Part shown: piece after piece, positions 8,947 through 18,163 of the stretch | Layout: the number at the start of each line of letters is the position of its first letter | Numbering within the stretch: position 1 is the first letter of the stretch | Source: Candidatus Heimdallarchaeota archaeon | Lineage (GTDB): Archaea; Asgardarchaeota; Heimdallarchaeia; JABLTI01 | Reading direction: 5' to 3' | Assembly: GCA_030614005.1 (NCBI GenBank) | Contig: JAUWKS010000017.1 | Span: forward strand, 26,214-58,213 | Length of the DNA: 32,000 nucleotides | Notes under the pieces: generated by a model | The model's input: only the letters and a program-made list of their open reading frames with translations | Database searches by the model: none | What the model was told of the DNA's origin: nothing | Translations under genes and position numbers: made by a program

Positions 8947-8997
8947 TTTTATATAAAGGGTAAGGATAATAAATGTCTAAATATGCACATTTAGATA
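8947..8997 (+). promoter_or_regulatory. TATA box and dyad-symmetric site upstream of the gelsolin gene
   Basis: TTTTATATAAA at about 8947-8957. Near-perfect palindrome TCTAAAT-A-TGCA-C-ATTTAGA (8976-8995) lies where a TSS would be expected. Confidence 0.4.
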
Positions 8998-9060
8998 AGA
9001 ATAAAAGATTAAATGTATCAATCTTAAATAGTAGTGCGTACTTAATGGAGAAAAACTAAA

Positions 9061-10089
9061 ATGTCTATGAAATTTTATTTAGTACTAGAAGATGGGACTT
9101 TAGATGAAGAAAAAGAGTTTAACCAAGAAAGTACTAGAGTAATAATTGTAGTTGATGATCAATTTAAACGAATCTTTCTATGGAAAGGGGCAAATTCAGG
9201 TATAAAGAAGAAATTCATTGGTAGTAGAGCCGCTGCCGAATTACGAAAAACCTATTATGGATTTGCATACCGATTATCAGTTGTAGAAGAGGGAGATGAA
9301 ACGAATGAATTTGAGTTTACAATTAAAAGATCAAGAGGAGAAGCAACCGTTGGTGTTGTTGAAGAAACTACTCGCGGAATTCCAACTAGCCCATCAACAA
9401 TGGGATTAGAGCAGAATGTTGAATTTAAATTGAGAGGGGAAGAACCAGGTAAAAGGATAATTTATACTGATAAAGATAAAGCAGGAGCAAACCAATTCGC
9501 TGGTTCACGAGCAGAATCAGAAGGCAAAGGAACATCAAATGGTCCTAGAGCAAAGAGACCTGATCCTCAACCTCAAGGTCAAAAACAACCTCAAAGACAA
9601 AGAACTATTTTAAGTGAAATGATGAGTAGTGGTGAAGAACCTCAAATGATTCGACCAGCACCAATTCAAGCAAAAAAGCCAGTAGCGAAAACTGCTGAAA
9701 TGATTACCCCTCCACCTACTCCAACACAAACATCAGCACCACCCCCACAACCGGCTTCACAAAAAATGACGGAAGAAATAGATCCAACTTATGCATTCAA
9801 AATCATTAAAGAGTTAGGAGTACCAGCAGGGTATGAAAGAGATCTAGTAATTGTTGGAACTGGCGTTTACAAACAACAAGGAACTGAATTTCTTGTTCCT
9901 CCTAATCCACCTGAAGGAGTATTCTTAGCACCTGATCGTGTTCCAAGAATTGTCATAGAAAATGGTGTAGTTAAAGTTGTCGAAGTATTAAAGAAGCTTG
10001 AAAAACAAGTAAAGAAAAAGGAAGAAGATGTACAATTTGACCAAGGTATAGAAGATTTGATGAGTACATTCCAAATAGAAATAGAGTAA
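9061..10089 (+). CDS. Asgard single-domain gelsolin protein with disordered Pro/Gln-rich linker and C-terminal 'X'-like domain
   Basis: The N-terminal IIVVDD..KRIFLWKGANS..KKKFIG..AA..LR.....L.VVEEGDE..EF is a gelsolin/villin repeat. Low-complexity middle region. The C-terminal ELGVPAGYERDLVIVG..VY...PEGVFL....PRIVIENG.V..VEVLKK resembles the tail domain of Asgard gelsolins. Confidence 0.75.
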   Translation: MSMKFYLVLEDGTLDEEKEFNQESTRVIIVVDDQFKRIFLWKGANSGIKKKFIGSRAAAELRKTYYGFAYRLSVVEEGDETNEFEFTIKRSRGEATVGVVEETTRGIPTSPSTMGLEQNVEFKLRGEEPGKRIIYTDKDKAGANQFAGSRAESEGKGTSNGPRAKRPDPQPQGQKQPQRQRTILSEMMSSGEEPQMIRPAPIQAKKPVAKTAEMITPPPTPTQTSAPPPQPASQKMTEEIDPTYAFKIIKELGVPAGYERDLVIVGTGVYKQQGTEFLVPPNPPEGVFLAPDRVPRIVIENGVVKVVEVLKKLEKQVKKKEEDVQFDQGIEDLMSTFQIEIE

Positions 10090-10127
10090 AGGAAAAAATA
10101 ATAAAAGAAATTTGAGAGTGAGAAATT

Positions 10128-10526
10128 ATGTCAATAAAAATTCCACCTGAAAAAGCAAAAGAGCTTGTAGCAGTATTACAGCAAATAACCGCAGAAACTC
10201 AACTAGGAGCTCTAGCAATTGTTTCAGAAGCAGGAGAAAGAGTTGCTTTCTTTGCACAAAACAAAGAAATCGACCCTGTAGAACTCTCTGCAATGGCAGC
10301 TGCTCTTGTTTCCACGAGTAAGCTCTATCTTGATCGGTTGGCATTTAGTCCTCTTCAAGACATTATCCTTAGAGGAGCAAATGGTTTTATGGTAATGAAA
10401 GATCTTGGTAGATTTTATTTAATTGGCGGATCTACTGATCAGAAATCAATGCCACTAACAGTAAAAAGCTTGTCTACTCATGCTCCAACGCTATCACAAA
10501 TAATGGGTTCTGTCCCGTCTTCATAA
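10128..10526 (+). CDS. Roadblock/LC7 domain protein
   Basis: LAIVSEAGERVA, VELSAMAAALVS.S, IILRGANGFMVM. The helix-beta-helix layout is typical of Roadblock proteins. 38 nt downstream of the gelsolin gene. Confidence 0.75.
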   Translation: MSIKIPPEKAKELVAVLQQITAETQLGALAIVSEAGERVAFFAQNKEIDPVELSAMAAALVSTSKLYLDRLAFSPLQDIILRGANGFMVMKDLGRFYLIGGSTDQKSMPLTVKSLSTHAPTLSQIMGSVPSS

Positions 10527-10702
10527 TCTGGTGAAAAAACAATTACTTGTGCTTTGGGAAATATTCCCTCAGTCACATCTATTTCTCCTTTTTTAATTAG
10601 ACAACATTTATTTGTGTAAATTTTTTTATAATGATAAGTTTATGTTGTCTATAGAAGGGATAACAAGAAAGAGAAAGAAGAGATCCAGAGGAGTTACAGG
10701 AA

Positions 10703-11998
10703 TTGAATCCATCCAAGATTAAAAAAATACAATTTATTAAAGATCCAATCCATGGGTATATTTTCATAGATGATTTAGTAAGAGAACTTATAGATACTAG
10801 ATATTTTCAGCGATTAAGAAGAATAAAACAACTCTCAGGATCGGAATATGTTTATCCAGGAGCAAATCATACTCGTTTCGAGCATTCTCTTGGAGTTAGC
10901 TATTTAGGAGAAAAAATGGCTCGTTCAATTACTAACGATGAAAACGTAACTCTTTCTGAAAAGGATATTAATTACGTAAAAATTGCTGGTTTATTACATG
11001 ACATAGGTCATGGTCCTTTCTCACATACATTTGAAGCACTTCTATCTAAAGCAGACAAACATCACGAGGATCTTTCAAGATGGATTATTCAAAAAAGTGA
11101 AATCGCTGACATCCTGAAAACTAATGGAGTGAATGTTGATATTGTAACAGGGTTAATCAATGGAAATAAGACTATTAAAGGCAAGGGGTATCTGAATCAG
11201 ATTATTTCGGGCGCTTGTGATGTAGATAAAATGGATTTCATTGTTCGAGATTCCTATCATACAGGAGCAGAATATGGTCAAGTAGATATTATGAGAATAC
11301 TCTATACAATGGGTGTATTTGAAGGAAATTTAGCAGTAAATTATTCAGCCTTACCTGCATTTGAAGCGTTTCTTATCGCTCGAGTAGAATCCTTTAGAAC
11401 AATTTATTTCCACAAGGTTTCGAGGGCATCTCAACTTATGATCGTTCGTGCTATGGAATTAGCTGAAAAAGAGCTTGGTTTACTAGATTTCAAAACACCT
11501 GAAGATTATCTAAAATTAGATGATTTTACAGTTTGGACTAAGCTATTAGAGAGTAAATCATCTAAAAAAATAATGAAGAAATTAGCTGATAGAAAACTCC
11601 TGAAGGTTGCTTTTGAAAGGGAATTTATGACAAGAGATGAATTTTTACAATCAACTTTAATCAAAGAAGATTATCGTCAAAGATTGATTGAGGAAATTGC
11701 TAATAAAGCGAAACTAAAAGCAGAAGACATATTCATCGATATTCCAACACTCCCTAGTGTTCCTTATTCTCATTCAATAGATTTGCCAGCTTATGAAGTG
11801 CCTATGTTTAGAAGAGATGGAGTAAGTCAAGAGAAAAAAGAAGTCAAAATTAGAAACGTATCAAGAATATTCGAATCCCTAATGGGTATGCTGTATATTT
11901 TTAGAGTTTATTCATTTGAAGAAAATAGAGAACAAGTGAGAAAGGCAGCAATAGAGGTTTTTGGTGAAAAGTCAATTGGAACTCAAATATCATTTTGA
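10703..11998 (+). CDS. HD-domain phosphohydrolase (SAMHD1/dNTP triphosphohydrolase-like)
   Basis: IKDPIHGYI, FQRLRRIKQL, YPGANHTRFEHSLGV, LLHDIGHGPFSH, DVDKMDFIVRDS, IYFHKVSR. Confidence 0.9.
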   Translation: MNPSKIKKIQFIKDPIHGYIFIDDLVRELIDTRYFQRLRRIKQLSGSEYVYPGANHTRFEHSLGVSYLGEKMARSITNDENVTLSEKDINYVKIAGLLHDIGHGPFSHTFEALLSKADKHHEDLSRWIIQKSEIADILKTNGVNVDIVTGLINGNKTIKGKGYLNQIISGACDVDKMDFIVRDSYHTGAEYGQVDIMRILYTMGVFEGNLAVNYSALPAFEAFLIARVESFRTIYFHKVSRASQLMIVRAMELAEKELGLLDFKTPEDYLKLDDFTVWTKLLESKSSKKIMKKLADRKLLKVAFEREFMTRDEFLQSTLIKEDYRQRLIEEIANKAKLKAEDIFIDIPTLPSVPYSHSIDLPAYEVPMFRRDGVSQEKKEVKIRNVSRIFESLMGMLYIFRVYSFEENREQVRKAAIEVFGEKSIGTQISF

Positions 11999-12013
11999 GT
12001 AGGTGTAAATGAA

Positions 12014-12397
12014 ATGTCAAACAAAACAAACGAGGATGGAATTAAAGCAATTGCAGAAGCATTACGTGCAGGTGGCACTTTACTAAGTACAGCTTGTCCC
12101 GTATGTGATTCTCCCTTAATAAGGATCAATGATAAAATTTACTGTAAAGTGTGCAATAAAGAAGTGATGATTTACAAAGATGAAAGTGAATTGCCGAAAG
12201 AAGTACAAAGAGCTCTTAAAAAGAATGCTGCATCCACTGGTGATTCAAATGAATCTAAGGTTCAGCAAACTATTAATAAAAAAATTGAAGCACTAAGAAA
12301 AAGACTTGAGGAAGCAGATGACCCAGATGAAATAATCAAGCTTTCAGATGCAATTGAAAAATTGCATGCAACGTTAACAAAAATAAGAGACGAATAA
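12014..12397 (+). CDS. Auto_anti-p27/UPF0148 (SSSCA1-like) zinc-ribbon protein
   Basis: LRAGGTLLSTACPVCDSPL....KIYCKVC, with a C-terminal helical hairpin (IEALRKRLE...IIKL..AIEKL). Confidence 0.85.
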   Translation: MSNKTNEDGIKAIAEALRAGGTLLSTACPVCDSPLIRINDKIYCKVCNKEVMIYKDESELPKEVQRALKKNAASTGDSNESKVQQTINKKIEALRKRLEEADDPDEIIKLSDAIEKLHATLTKIRDE

Positions 12398-12410
12398 TAA
12401 AAATTGAAAA

Positions 12411-14879
12411 TCAGTCTTCTGGTTGATATTTCATTTTTATTATCTCAAGTATTTCTTTAGCCATTTTCTTTCCTATCCCTTTAAGCTCTTGAAGTTCTTC
12501 AGCAGAAGCATTGAAGAAATTTTCCAGAGAATCAAATTTTTTCAAAATACGTCTGGCAAGAACAGTGTTTATTTTTGGGAATCCAGCAACAATAAACTCT
12601 AACAATAATGCAGGATCAGTAGGAGCTTTTTCATTTCGAATTAAAGGAGTTTTATCAGATTGTAATTGTTCTCTTTTTGCAATATTTCGTAAAAATCTTG
12701 CAGTATCCTTTGGGTTTCTACTCCAAATTAAACCAATGTCAAAATTAATCACAATAGATGAAATTGCACCTCTAATTGCTTCAGGATTCAAGGCTCTATG
12801 ACCGTATAATGTTTCTCCTTCGATTATTAAAATTGGTTTTTCATAGTTTCTTTTGAGAGCAATTAATTGAGGAAAGAGACGACCGTCAATAATACTTTGA
12901 CTTAAATCTGCAACATCTTTTCTTTCGACACCAACACGAGAACTTAGAATATAATCAGCAATCTCCAGCTGTTGTAAATCTATTTTTACTCCTAGTTCAG
13001 TTAATTCCTTTGCAATACCTGATTTTGATTCTCGAGTGTCAACAAAAATTTTAATTTGTTGATCTTTTGTTGGTTTATCGTCAGGGGTTGTTTTAAAATC
13101 TAGCAATGCAGAGAATTCATTTTCTGAAGGTTCAATTATTTCTGTAATTTCTCCAGTTTCAGCTTCAACCTCCAACTTGCTTAATGCTTCATCAGAGAAA
13201 ATTGAAAGGTCATCAAGTCCCCCCTCATCTAATACTTTGTCTTCCTCTATTGGTTTTTCATCATTAGAAGATGAAGCTGCAGCGAAGAAATCTTCCATTG
13301 TTCTTTGTTGCAAATCAATTTGAGGTTTACGTATTTTCTCTAAATCTCTAAGATTTCTTTTCATTTGTCTTTCTTTATGTCTTGCAGCCCAGAAATACCC
13401 TTCATCACGAGTTCCTTTCGTTATTAGCACTACAACTCTACCAGCTCTATTCCTACCCGTTCTTCCTCTACGTTGAATATTCCTTATCGCTGAAGGCACA
13501 CAATCATAAAAAGTGACTAAATCACATTCAGATATATCTAAGCCTTCCTCACCAACACTGGTTGCAACTAAGCAGTTTAATTCGCCATCACGGAATTGTT
13601 GCATTATTTCGAGTTGCTTCTTTTGAGAGAAACCTTTATCACCAGATTTTGAAGCTTGTCCAACAAATCTAGAAGCTTTAACACCTTTCAATTTATTCAA
13701 AGTATCTGCCAGCAATTTTGCTGAATTTCTATATTGAGTGAAAACCAATATTCTCGAATCAGGACTTGTAGTAATAGATTCTTGAACGATCTTTTCCAAT
13801 TCAGGGATTTTAGGATGCTCTAAACCTTCTTCCCGGATTTGATGTGAAACATCATATGCGACAACCAGCGCATCCTCATTTATCAAATTTATCAGAGTGC
13901 GAGTTGCTTTTGACCCTTTAGCTTCTTTTCTCATTTTATCAAAATATTTGAGCAATGAGCTAATGCTTTGTGTTTCCAATAGCTCTAAAGCATGTGTTAA
14001 TCTAATAGAAGAACCAACTAAGCCTAATGCAAGATAAAGTTCAGAAGGGTCTTCGGTCTGATCAAACTGTTTTGTTATAATTGGAGGAAGCTGAAGTAAA
14101 TCGCGGCGTTTAATATTTACTCCAGATGTTTTTATCCAACCTAGTCGTTTCAATTCCTTTAGCTTTCTTGACAGAGAGCCTTCAAGAAGTGATTTGATCC
14201 TTAGAAATTTTTTCGGAAGTTCAACGTGAATCCAATCCACATCAGTTTTTTGAACGTAAGGTTGAACATCTTTTGAAGTGTCTAATCGGGTCTCAACATT
14301 TCTTATTGAAAGATTTTCACAAACATGATTGATTTTTTCTTTATCAGAACCAGGAGAAGCCGTTATCGCAAAAATAAGTTTGTTTTTTGCTTTTCTCATA
14401 TATTGTTTAGCAACATAAACATAAGCGTACTCTCCAACTGCACGATGGGCCTCATCAACACCCAGCAATGAACATCTAGACAAGTTCAAGCGCTCAGCTA
14501 GTAAATCGTTCTCAACTACTTGTGGTGTGGCAATTATTATTTGCCCTTGTTTCCAAATTTTTCTTCGTTTTTCTGGAGCAGTTGAACCTGAGAGCATCAC
14601 AATTTCTTCATCTATTATATTGAAGACTTTTTGGAATGTTTTGAGATGCTGTTCAACTAAGGGTTTTGTTGGTGCCATAATAAGAATAAAAGAATCTGGA
14701 TGTTGTTCCATTCTTCTTGCAGTAAGTAAAGCTAGAATAATCGTTTTTCCTAAACCGGTAGGTAGAACAACTAGAGTATTATTTGAGAGACTACTCGCAA
14801 AAATCGTTTGTTGGTAAAGACGAGCTTCAATGGTGCCCGGTTTCAGATATTTATGTTCTACGAACTTCTTTTCACTCAT
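12411..14879 (-). CDS. hef: Hef (FANCM/XPF-like) SF2 helicase-ERCC4 nuclease
   Basis: LPTGLGKT, DEAHRA, TASPG, ATSVGEEGLDI, QRRGRTGR; acidic linker; VDTRE, GVERKDVADL, GRLFPQL; C-terminal HhH (LKGIGKKMA). Confidence 0.95.
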   Translation of the reverse strand: MSEKKFVEHKYLKPGTIEARLYQQTIFASSLSNNTLVVLPTGLGKTIILALLTARRMEQHPDSFILIMAPTKPLVEQHLKTFQKVFNIIDEEIVMLSGSTAPEKRRKIWKQGQIIIATPQVVENDLLAERLNLSRCSLLGVDEAHRAVGEYAYVYVAKQYMRKAKNKLIFAITASPGSDKEKINHVCENLSIRNVETRLDTSKDVQPYVQKTDVDWIHVELPKKFLRIKSLLEGSLSRKLKELKRLGWIKTSGVNIKRRDLLQLPPIITKQFDQTEDPSELYLALGLVGSSIRLTHALELLETQSISSLLKYFDKMRKEAKGSKATRTLINLINEDALVVAYDVSHQIREEGLEHPKIPELEKIVQESITTSPDSRILVFTQYRNSAKLLADTLNKLKGVKASRFVGQASKSGDKGFSQKKQLEIMQQFRDGELNCLVATSVGEEGLDISECDLVTFYDCVPSAIRNIQRRGRTGRNRAGRVVVLITKGTRDEGYFWAARHKERQMKRNLRDLEKIRKPQIDLQQRTMEDFFAAASSSNDEKPIEEDKVLDEGGLDDLSIFSDEALSKLEVEAETGEITEIIEPSENEFSALLDFKTTPDDKPTKDQQIKIFVDTRESKSGIAKELTELGVKIDLQQLEIADYILSSRVGVERKDVADLSQSIIDGRLFPQLIALKRNYEKPILIIEGETLYGHRALNPEAIRGAISSIVINFDIGLIWSRNPKDTARFLRNIAKREQLQSDKTPLIRNEKAPTDPALLLEFIVAGFPKINTVLARRILKKFDSLENFFNASAEELQELKGIGKKMAKEILEIIKMKYQPED

Positions 14880-15077
14880 TATTTTGATTCCTACAATATT
14901 TTACTCTTGAAATCATTGATTGTGGGATAGTTTAAAGTATTCTACAGGGAGATAACCAAAAGTAAATTACAAAAGTTTTATGTTCATTGCGATAAGTCTT
15001 TGTTGTGTTTCACATGAGAACAAACAAATTTTAAAAGAATTAAGAAATATAATAATTGCAATAGGAGCAACCGCAAT

Positions 15078-15548
15078 ATGGCAACTAAAATAGATGAAAG
15101 CAACATAGAATCTAAAAAGATGATTAAACTTGAAGAAAGAAAAGAATATCTCTCCTATTATTTGCAGCAACGTAAAGTAATTTTGTCTATACTAATTTCA
15201 ATGTATGTTGTTCTGAATGTAATTGCTTCAATATTGACAACCTACTATCATTTTGTCAGTATATTTCTCTATGTAGGATTAATTATGTTAGTAATTATTT
15301 CTGGAATCATTGTAACAATAGTTTACGAAGGCGATTATTTTATAGCATTTCTGAGTTCAATTGTTATTGGAGTAATTCCAACTATCGAACTAATAATCGG
15401 TTTAGCAATTGCTAATCTTTATGGAGTAAATCTAATTTTAGTTGTTATTTCATTGATCCTATCTGTATGCTTGATATTTGTTCCATCTGTTTTAGTTCAT
15501 TATAAATTAAAGAAGAGCAATATCAACAATAAGGAAGAACAGGAGTAG
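15078..15548 (+). CDS. Hypothetical membrane protein (about 4 TM)
   Basis: Four long hydrophobic stretches with charged termini. AGGAG upstream. Confidence 0.6.
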   Translation: MATKIDESNIESKKMIKLEERKEYLSYYLQQRKVILSILISMYVVLNVIASILTTYYHFVSIFLYVGLIMLVIISGIIVTIVYEGDYFIAFLSSIVIGVIPTIELIIGLAIANLYGVNLILVVISLILSVCLIFVPSVLVHYKLKKSNINNKEEQE

Positions 15549-15555
15549 AGAAAAA

Positions 15556-16140
15556 ATGACTGAAAAAAACGAAACCACAATTATTGAGAGACTTAAAGAT
15601 CCTTATTCAATGTACAGTTTTTTGACTTTAATCAGTTATATTATTATGATAATACTATATTTTGTTTTACCAGTTATAAAATCATATAATAATGAAACTA
15701 AAACAGTAGCATATTATTATTGGAACGGCAACTTTCAAGAATTCGATTTATTGTCCGGGGATTTGGTTTCAACAGGAGTTTATGAAACGCTTCCTGTTGA
15801 TGCACATTATATATTGATAATCAGTATTTTCTTGCTTATGGCTTTATCAATTGCACAGATAGCAACGATAATTTTCAGTAAAAAATTAACGAAAAAGAGT
15901 TTCCTCAACATCTTTATCATTCCTACCTTTTTGTTCAACTCACTATTGCTTTTCGGTTTTTTTTCATTTTTTCATTGGATACGAACAAGATCGTCGAATG
16001 ATTTGACTTTTAATATGGTGACGCCGTTAATCTATATTTTATTTATTGGAATATTGCTAACATTAGTAGTAGTGATTTATGCGGCGATTCTGACGATAGC
16101 CGAAAAAAGGAAAGATAGCAGAAGAAGTCAACTCAGCTAA
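15556..16140 (+). CDS. Hypothetical membrane protein (about 4 TM)
   Basis: Hydrophobic segments with an extracytoplasmic loop after TM1. Starts 7 nt after the previous stop with GGAG upstream. Confidence 0.6.
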   Translation: MTEKNETTIIERLKDPYSMYSFLTLISYIIMIILYFVLPVIKSYNNETKTVAYYYWNGNFQEFDLLSGDLVSTGVYETLPVDAHYILIISIFLLMALSIAQIATIIFSKKLTKKSFLNIFIIPTFLFNSLLLFGFFSFFHWIRTRSSNDLTFNMVTPLIYILFIGILLTLVVVIYAAILTIAEKRKDSRRSQLS

Positions 16141-17087
16141 ACAAAATCAAATAAGCTTTTTTGTCCTTTCATTTCGGACTTTTCTTCGCTTAAATTAACA
16201 TACAAGCCAATCAATGAAGATAGATTTGTTGTATAATATGTTGCACCATTTTTTAAAACAAGGATAGTGCCTTTTACACCCACAATTTCTCCATTTAGCT
16301 CAAATGCATCATTTGCTATTTTCTTCACCAATGGTCGTGCACTAATTTTAGGTATATTTCCATGATAAGAATTGAGATAAGTAATTTCTTCAAGCTTATT
16401 TCTAGGCAAGAGTATTTCTGATTTCATTGAACTATAAATTTCATCAATTGCTCTATGCAGTTCCTCATGAATTTTATTCTTTCCAATAGACTTTCCGAGG
16501 AATTTCATTTTTTGAGTTATCCGAACAGCTAAAGGTAAAGACAATTTTAGACCAATCTGGTGTTCTAAAGCACGAGGAGCAAGTCCAACTCCTTCAGCAA
16601 TACAAATTCCAGCATCGCTTCCTTGACCTAACCAGCGTCTAAGAGAATTCGTTGATGAACCAACTTTAATCTTACCAGCAATATGGGTCAAGTATACACA
16701 CGCGGTTGTTTTCCAACAATGATCTTTTGCTTCATTACTTGACGGATGGCAGAAATCTCCTTGGCAGCTAGCACGACAAATGTAAAATTCGTTAAATGAA
16801 CATGATTGACGTTGCATTCTATTGCTCTCAACCAATTCACTTGTTGGACAGGGAAGATGTTCACCATTTGTTGAACTGAAACCAACACAAAATTTTTTCT
16901 TAGGTTCACTCACTCGAATATTGAGATAATTTCCGGGAGTAAGATCATAAACTCGTTCTTTTCCATTTTTTTCATCATCAACGTAAAGAATGAATGCACC
17001 TGGTTTTGGTTTTAATTTCCACCCAACATGAACAACGAACTTTAACACACAAACAACATTCCTGATTTTTCCACTTAAATGTGCCAT
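16137..17087 (-). CDS. DUF2797-like Cys-rich protein
   Basis: The likely start is ATG 17087 (MAHLSG); the longer ORF-track start overlaps the divergent DHH gene. FCVG...CP...C motifs, VYL....KIKVG, RWL.QG, A..LEH.I, GEIVGVKG.ILVL. Confidence 0.7.
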   Translation of the reverse strand: MAHLSGKIRNVVCVLKFVVHVGWKLKPKPGAFILYVDDEKNGKERVYDLTPGNYLNIRVSEPKKKFCVGFSSTNGEHLPCPTSELVESNRMQRQSCSFNEFYICRASCQGDFCHPSSNEAKDHCWKTTACVYLTHIAGKIKVGSSTNSLRRWLGQGSDAGICIAEGVGLAPRALEHQIGLKLSLPLAVRITQKMKFLGKSIGKNKIHEELHRAIDEIYSSMKSEILLPRNKLEEITYLNSYHGNIPKISARPLVKKIANDAFELNGEIVGVKGTILVLKNGATYYTTNLSSLIGLYVNLSEEKSEMKGQKSLFDFV

Positions 17088-17167
17088 CCATTCATTTAAA
17101 ATAATTGCTTCCCATAACATAAATAAGAAAGTATAGTTCAAAATAAAGTTTAATTTGGTGTATATGG

Positions 17168-18151
17168 ATGGTTCAAACAGTAATAATGTGTCATGGTGAC
17201 TGTGATGGGATAACATCAGGAGCAATTGCATTAGCAGCAAATCCTGGTTCAAGGATATGGTTAACAAATCCAATAAGATTAGATGATGATTTGAGAAAAA
17301 TTCGAGATATACCTGAACGAATAATTATAACAGATATTGCCTTGAATGATAGATCAATTAAAAAAATTTTTGCTGAAATGGAACGATTAACGAAATTAGG
17401 TGTTGAAATTATTTATATCGACCATCATCCTTTACCTAAAGGAATGCACTATAATAATATTCCTGCTACAACAGTGGTTCATCGAGAGGAGGGATGTGCA
17501 GCAGAATTAGCCTATCTTCATTTTGAGAAGAAATTAGGATGGGAACATAAAATCCTCGCTGCAATTGGTGCAGTAGGAGACTACGCGATGGATTCTGTCT
17601 TTGCAAAAGAAGTATTACGTGATTTTGATGCAAGAAGCATCGCATTTCAAGCGGCAATAATTGTACAGGCATTGGGTGAAATTCCAACTTCTGATGATTT
17701 GAATATGAAAAAAAGTATTATTGAAAGGTTAGCATTAGGAATGTTACCTAGCGATTTAAACAATCTCGTAGAAAAGGCATTACGAGGTTCTGTTGTTGAA
17801 AGAGCAGTTAGAGAATATGTTCACGAGCATGCAGAAAGTAAAAAGAATTTGGGTTATATTTTAGATATTCCAACAGGAGGAGGATTCAATGGAAAAGGAG
17901 CATTATTTGCTGCTTCAGTTAAAGACAAAGCTGTCGGTGTTTGTGGAAATACTAAAGGAAAAAAAATATCCATATCCATTAGACGCAGAGATGAAAATGT
18001 AGACCTTAATCTTGCTACAAGGAAAGCTGCAAAAGAAGCAAAAGGAACAGGCGGAGGTCATCCAGCAGCTTCGGGTGCAACAATTAAGTATGAAAACTGG
18101 GATAAATTTCTTAGCTTGCTAGACTATGAAATCCAGAAGCAATTGAAATAG
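17168..18151 (+). CDS. DHH/DHHA1 phosphoesterase (RecJ/GAN-related)
   Basis: HGDCDG, TDIA, IDHHP, AAIGAVGD, SISIR, GGGHPAASGA. Confidence 0.88.
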   Translation: MVQTVIMCHGDCDGITSGAIALAANPGSRIWLTNPIRLDDDLRKIRDIPERIIITDIALNDRSIKKIFAEMERLTKLGVEIIYIDHHPLPKGMHYNNIPATTVVHREEGCAAELAYLHFEKKLGWEHKILAAIGAVGDYAMDSVFAKEVLRDFDARSIAFQAAIIVQALGEIPTSDDLNMKKSIIERLALGMLPSDLNNLVEKALRGSVVERAVREYVHEHAESKKNLGYILDIPTGGGFNGKGALFAASVKDKAVGVCGNTKGKKISISIRRRDENVDLNLATRKAAKEAKGTGGGHPAASGATIKYENWDKFLSLLDYEIQKQLK

Positions 18152-18163
18152 TAGGGTAGAAAA

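Noticed and set aside
17088-17273. ORF-track N-terminal extension of the DUF2797-like gene
   Set aside because: It overlaps the divergent DHH gene and the AT-rich promoter region, and the sequence is not protein-like.
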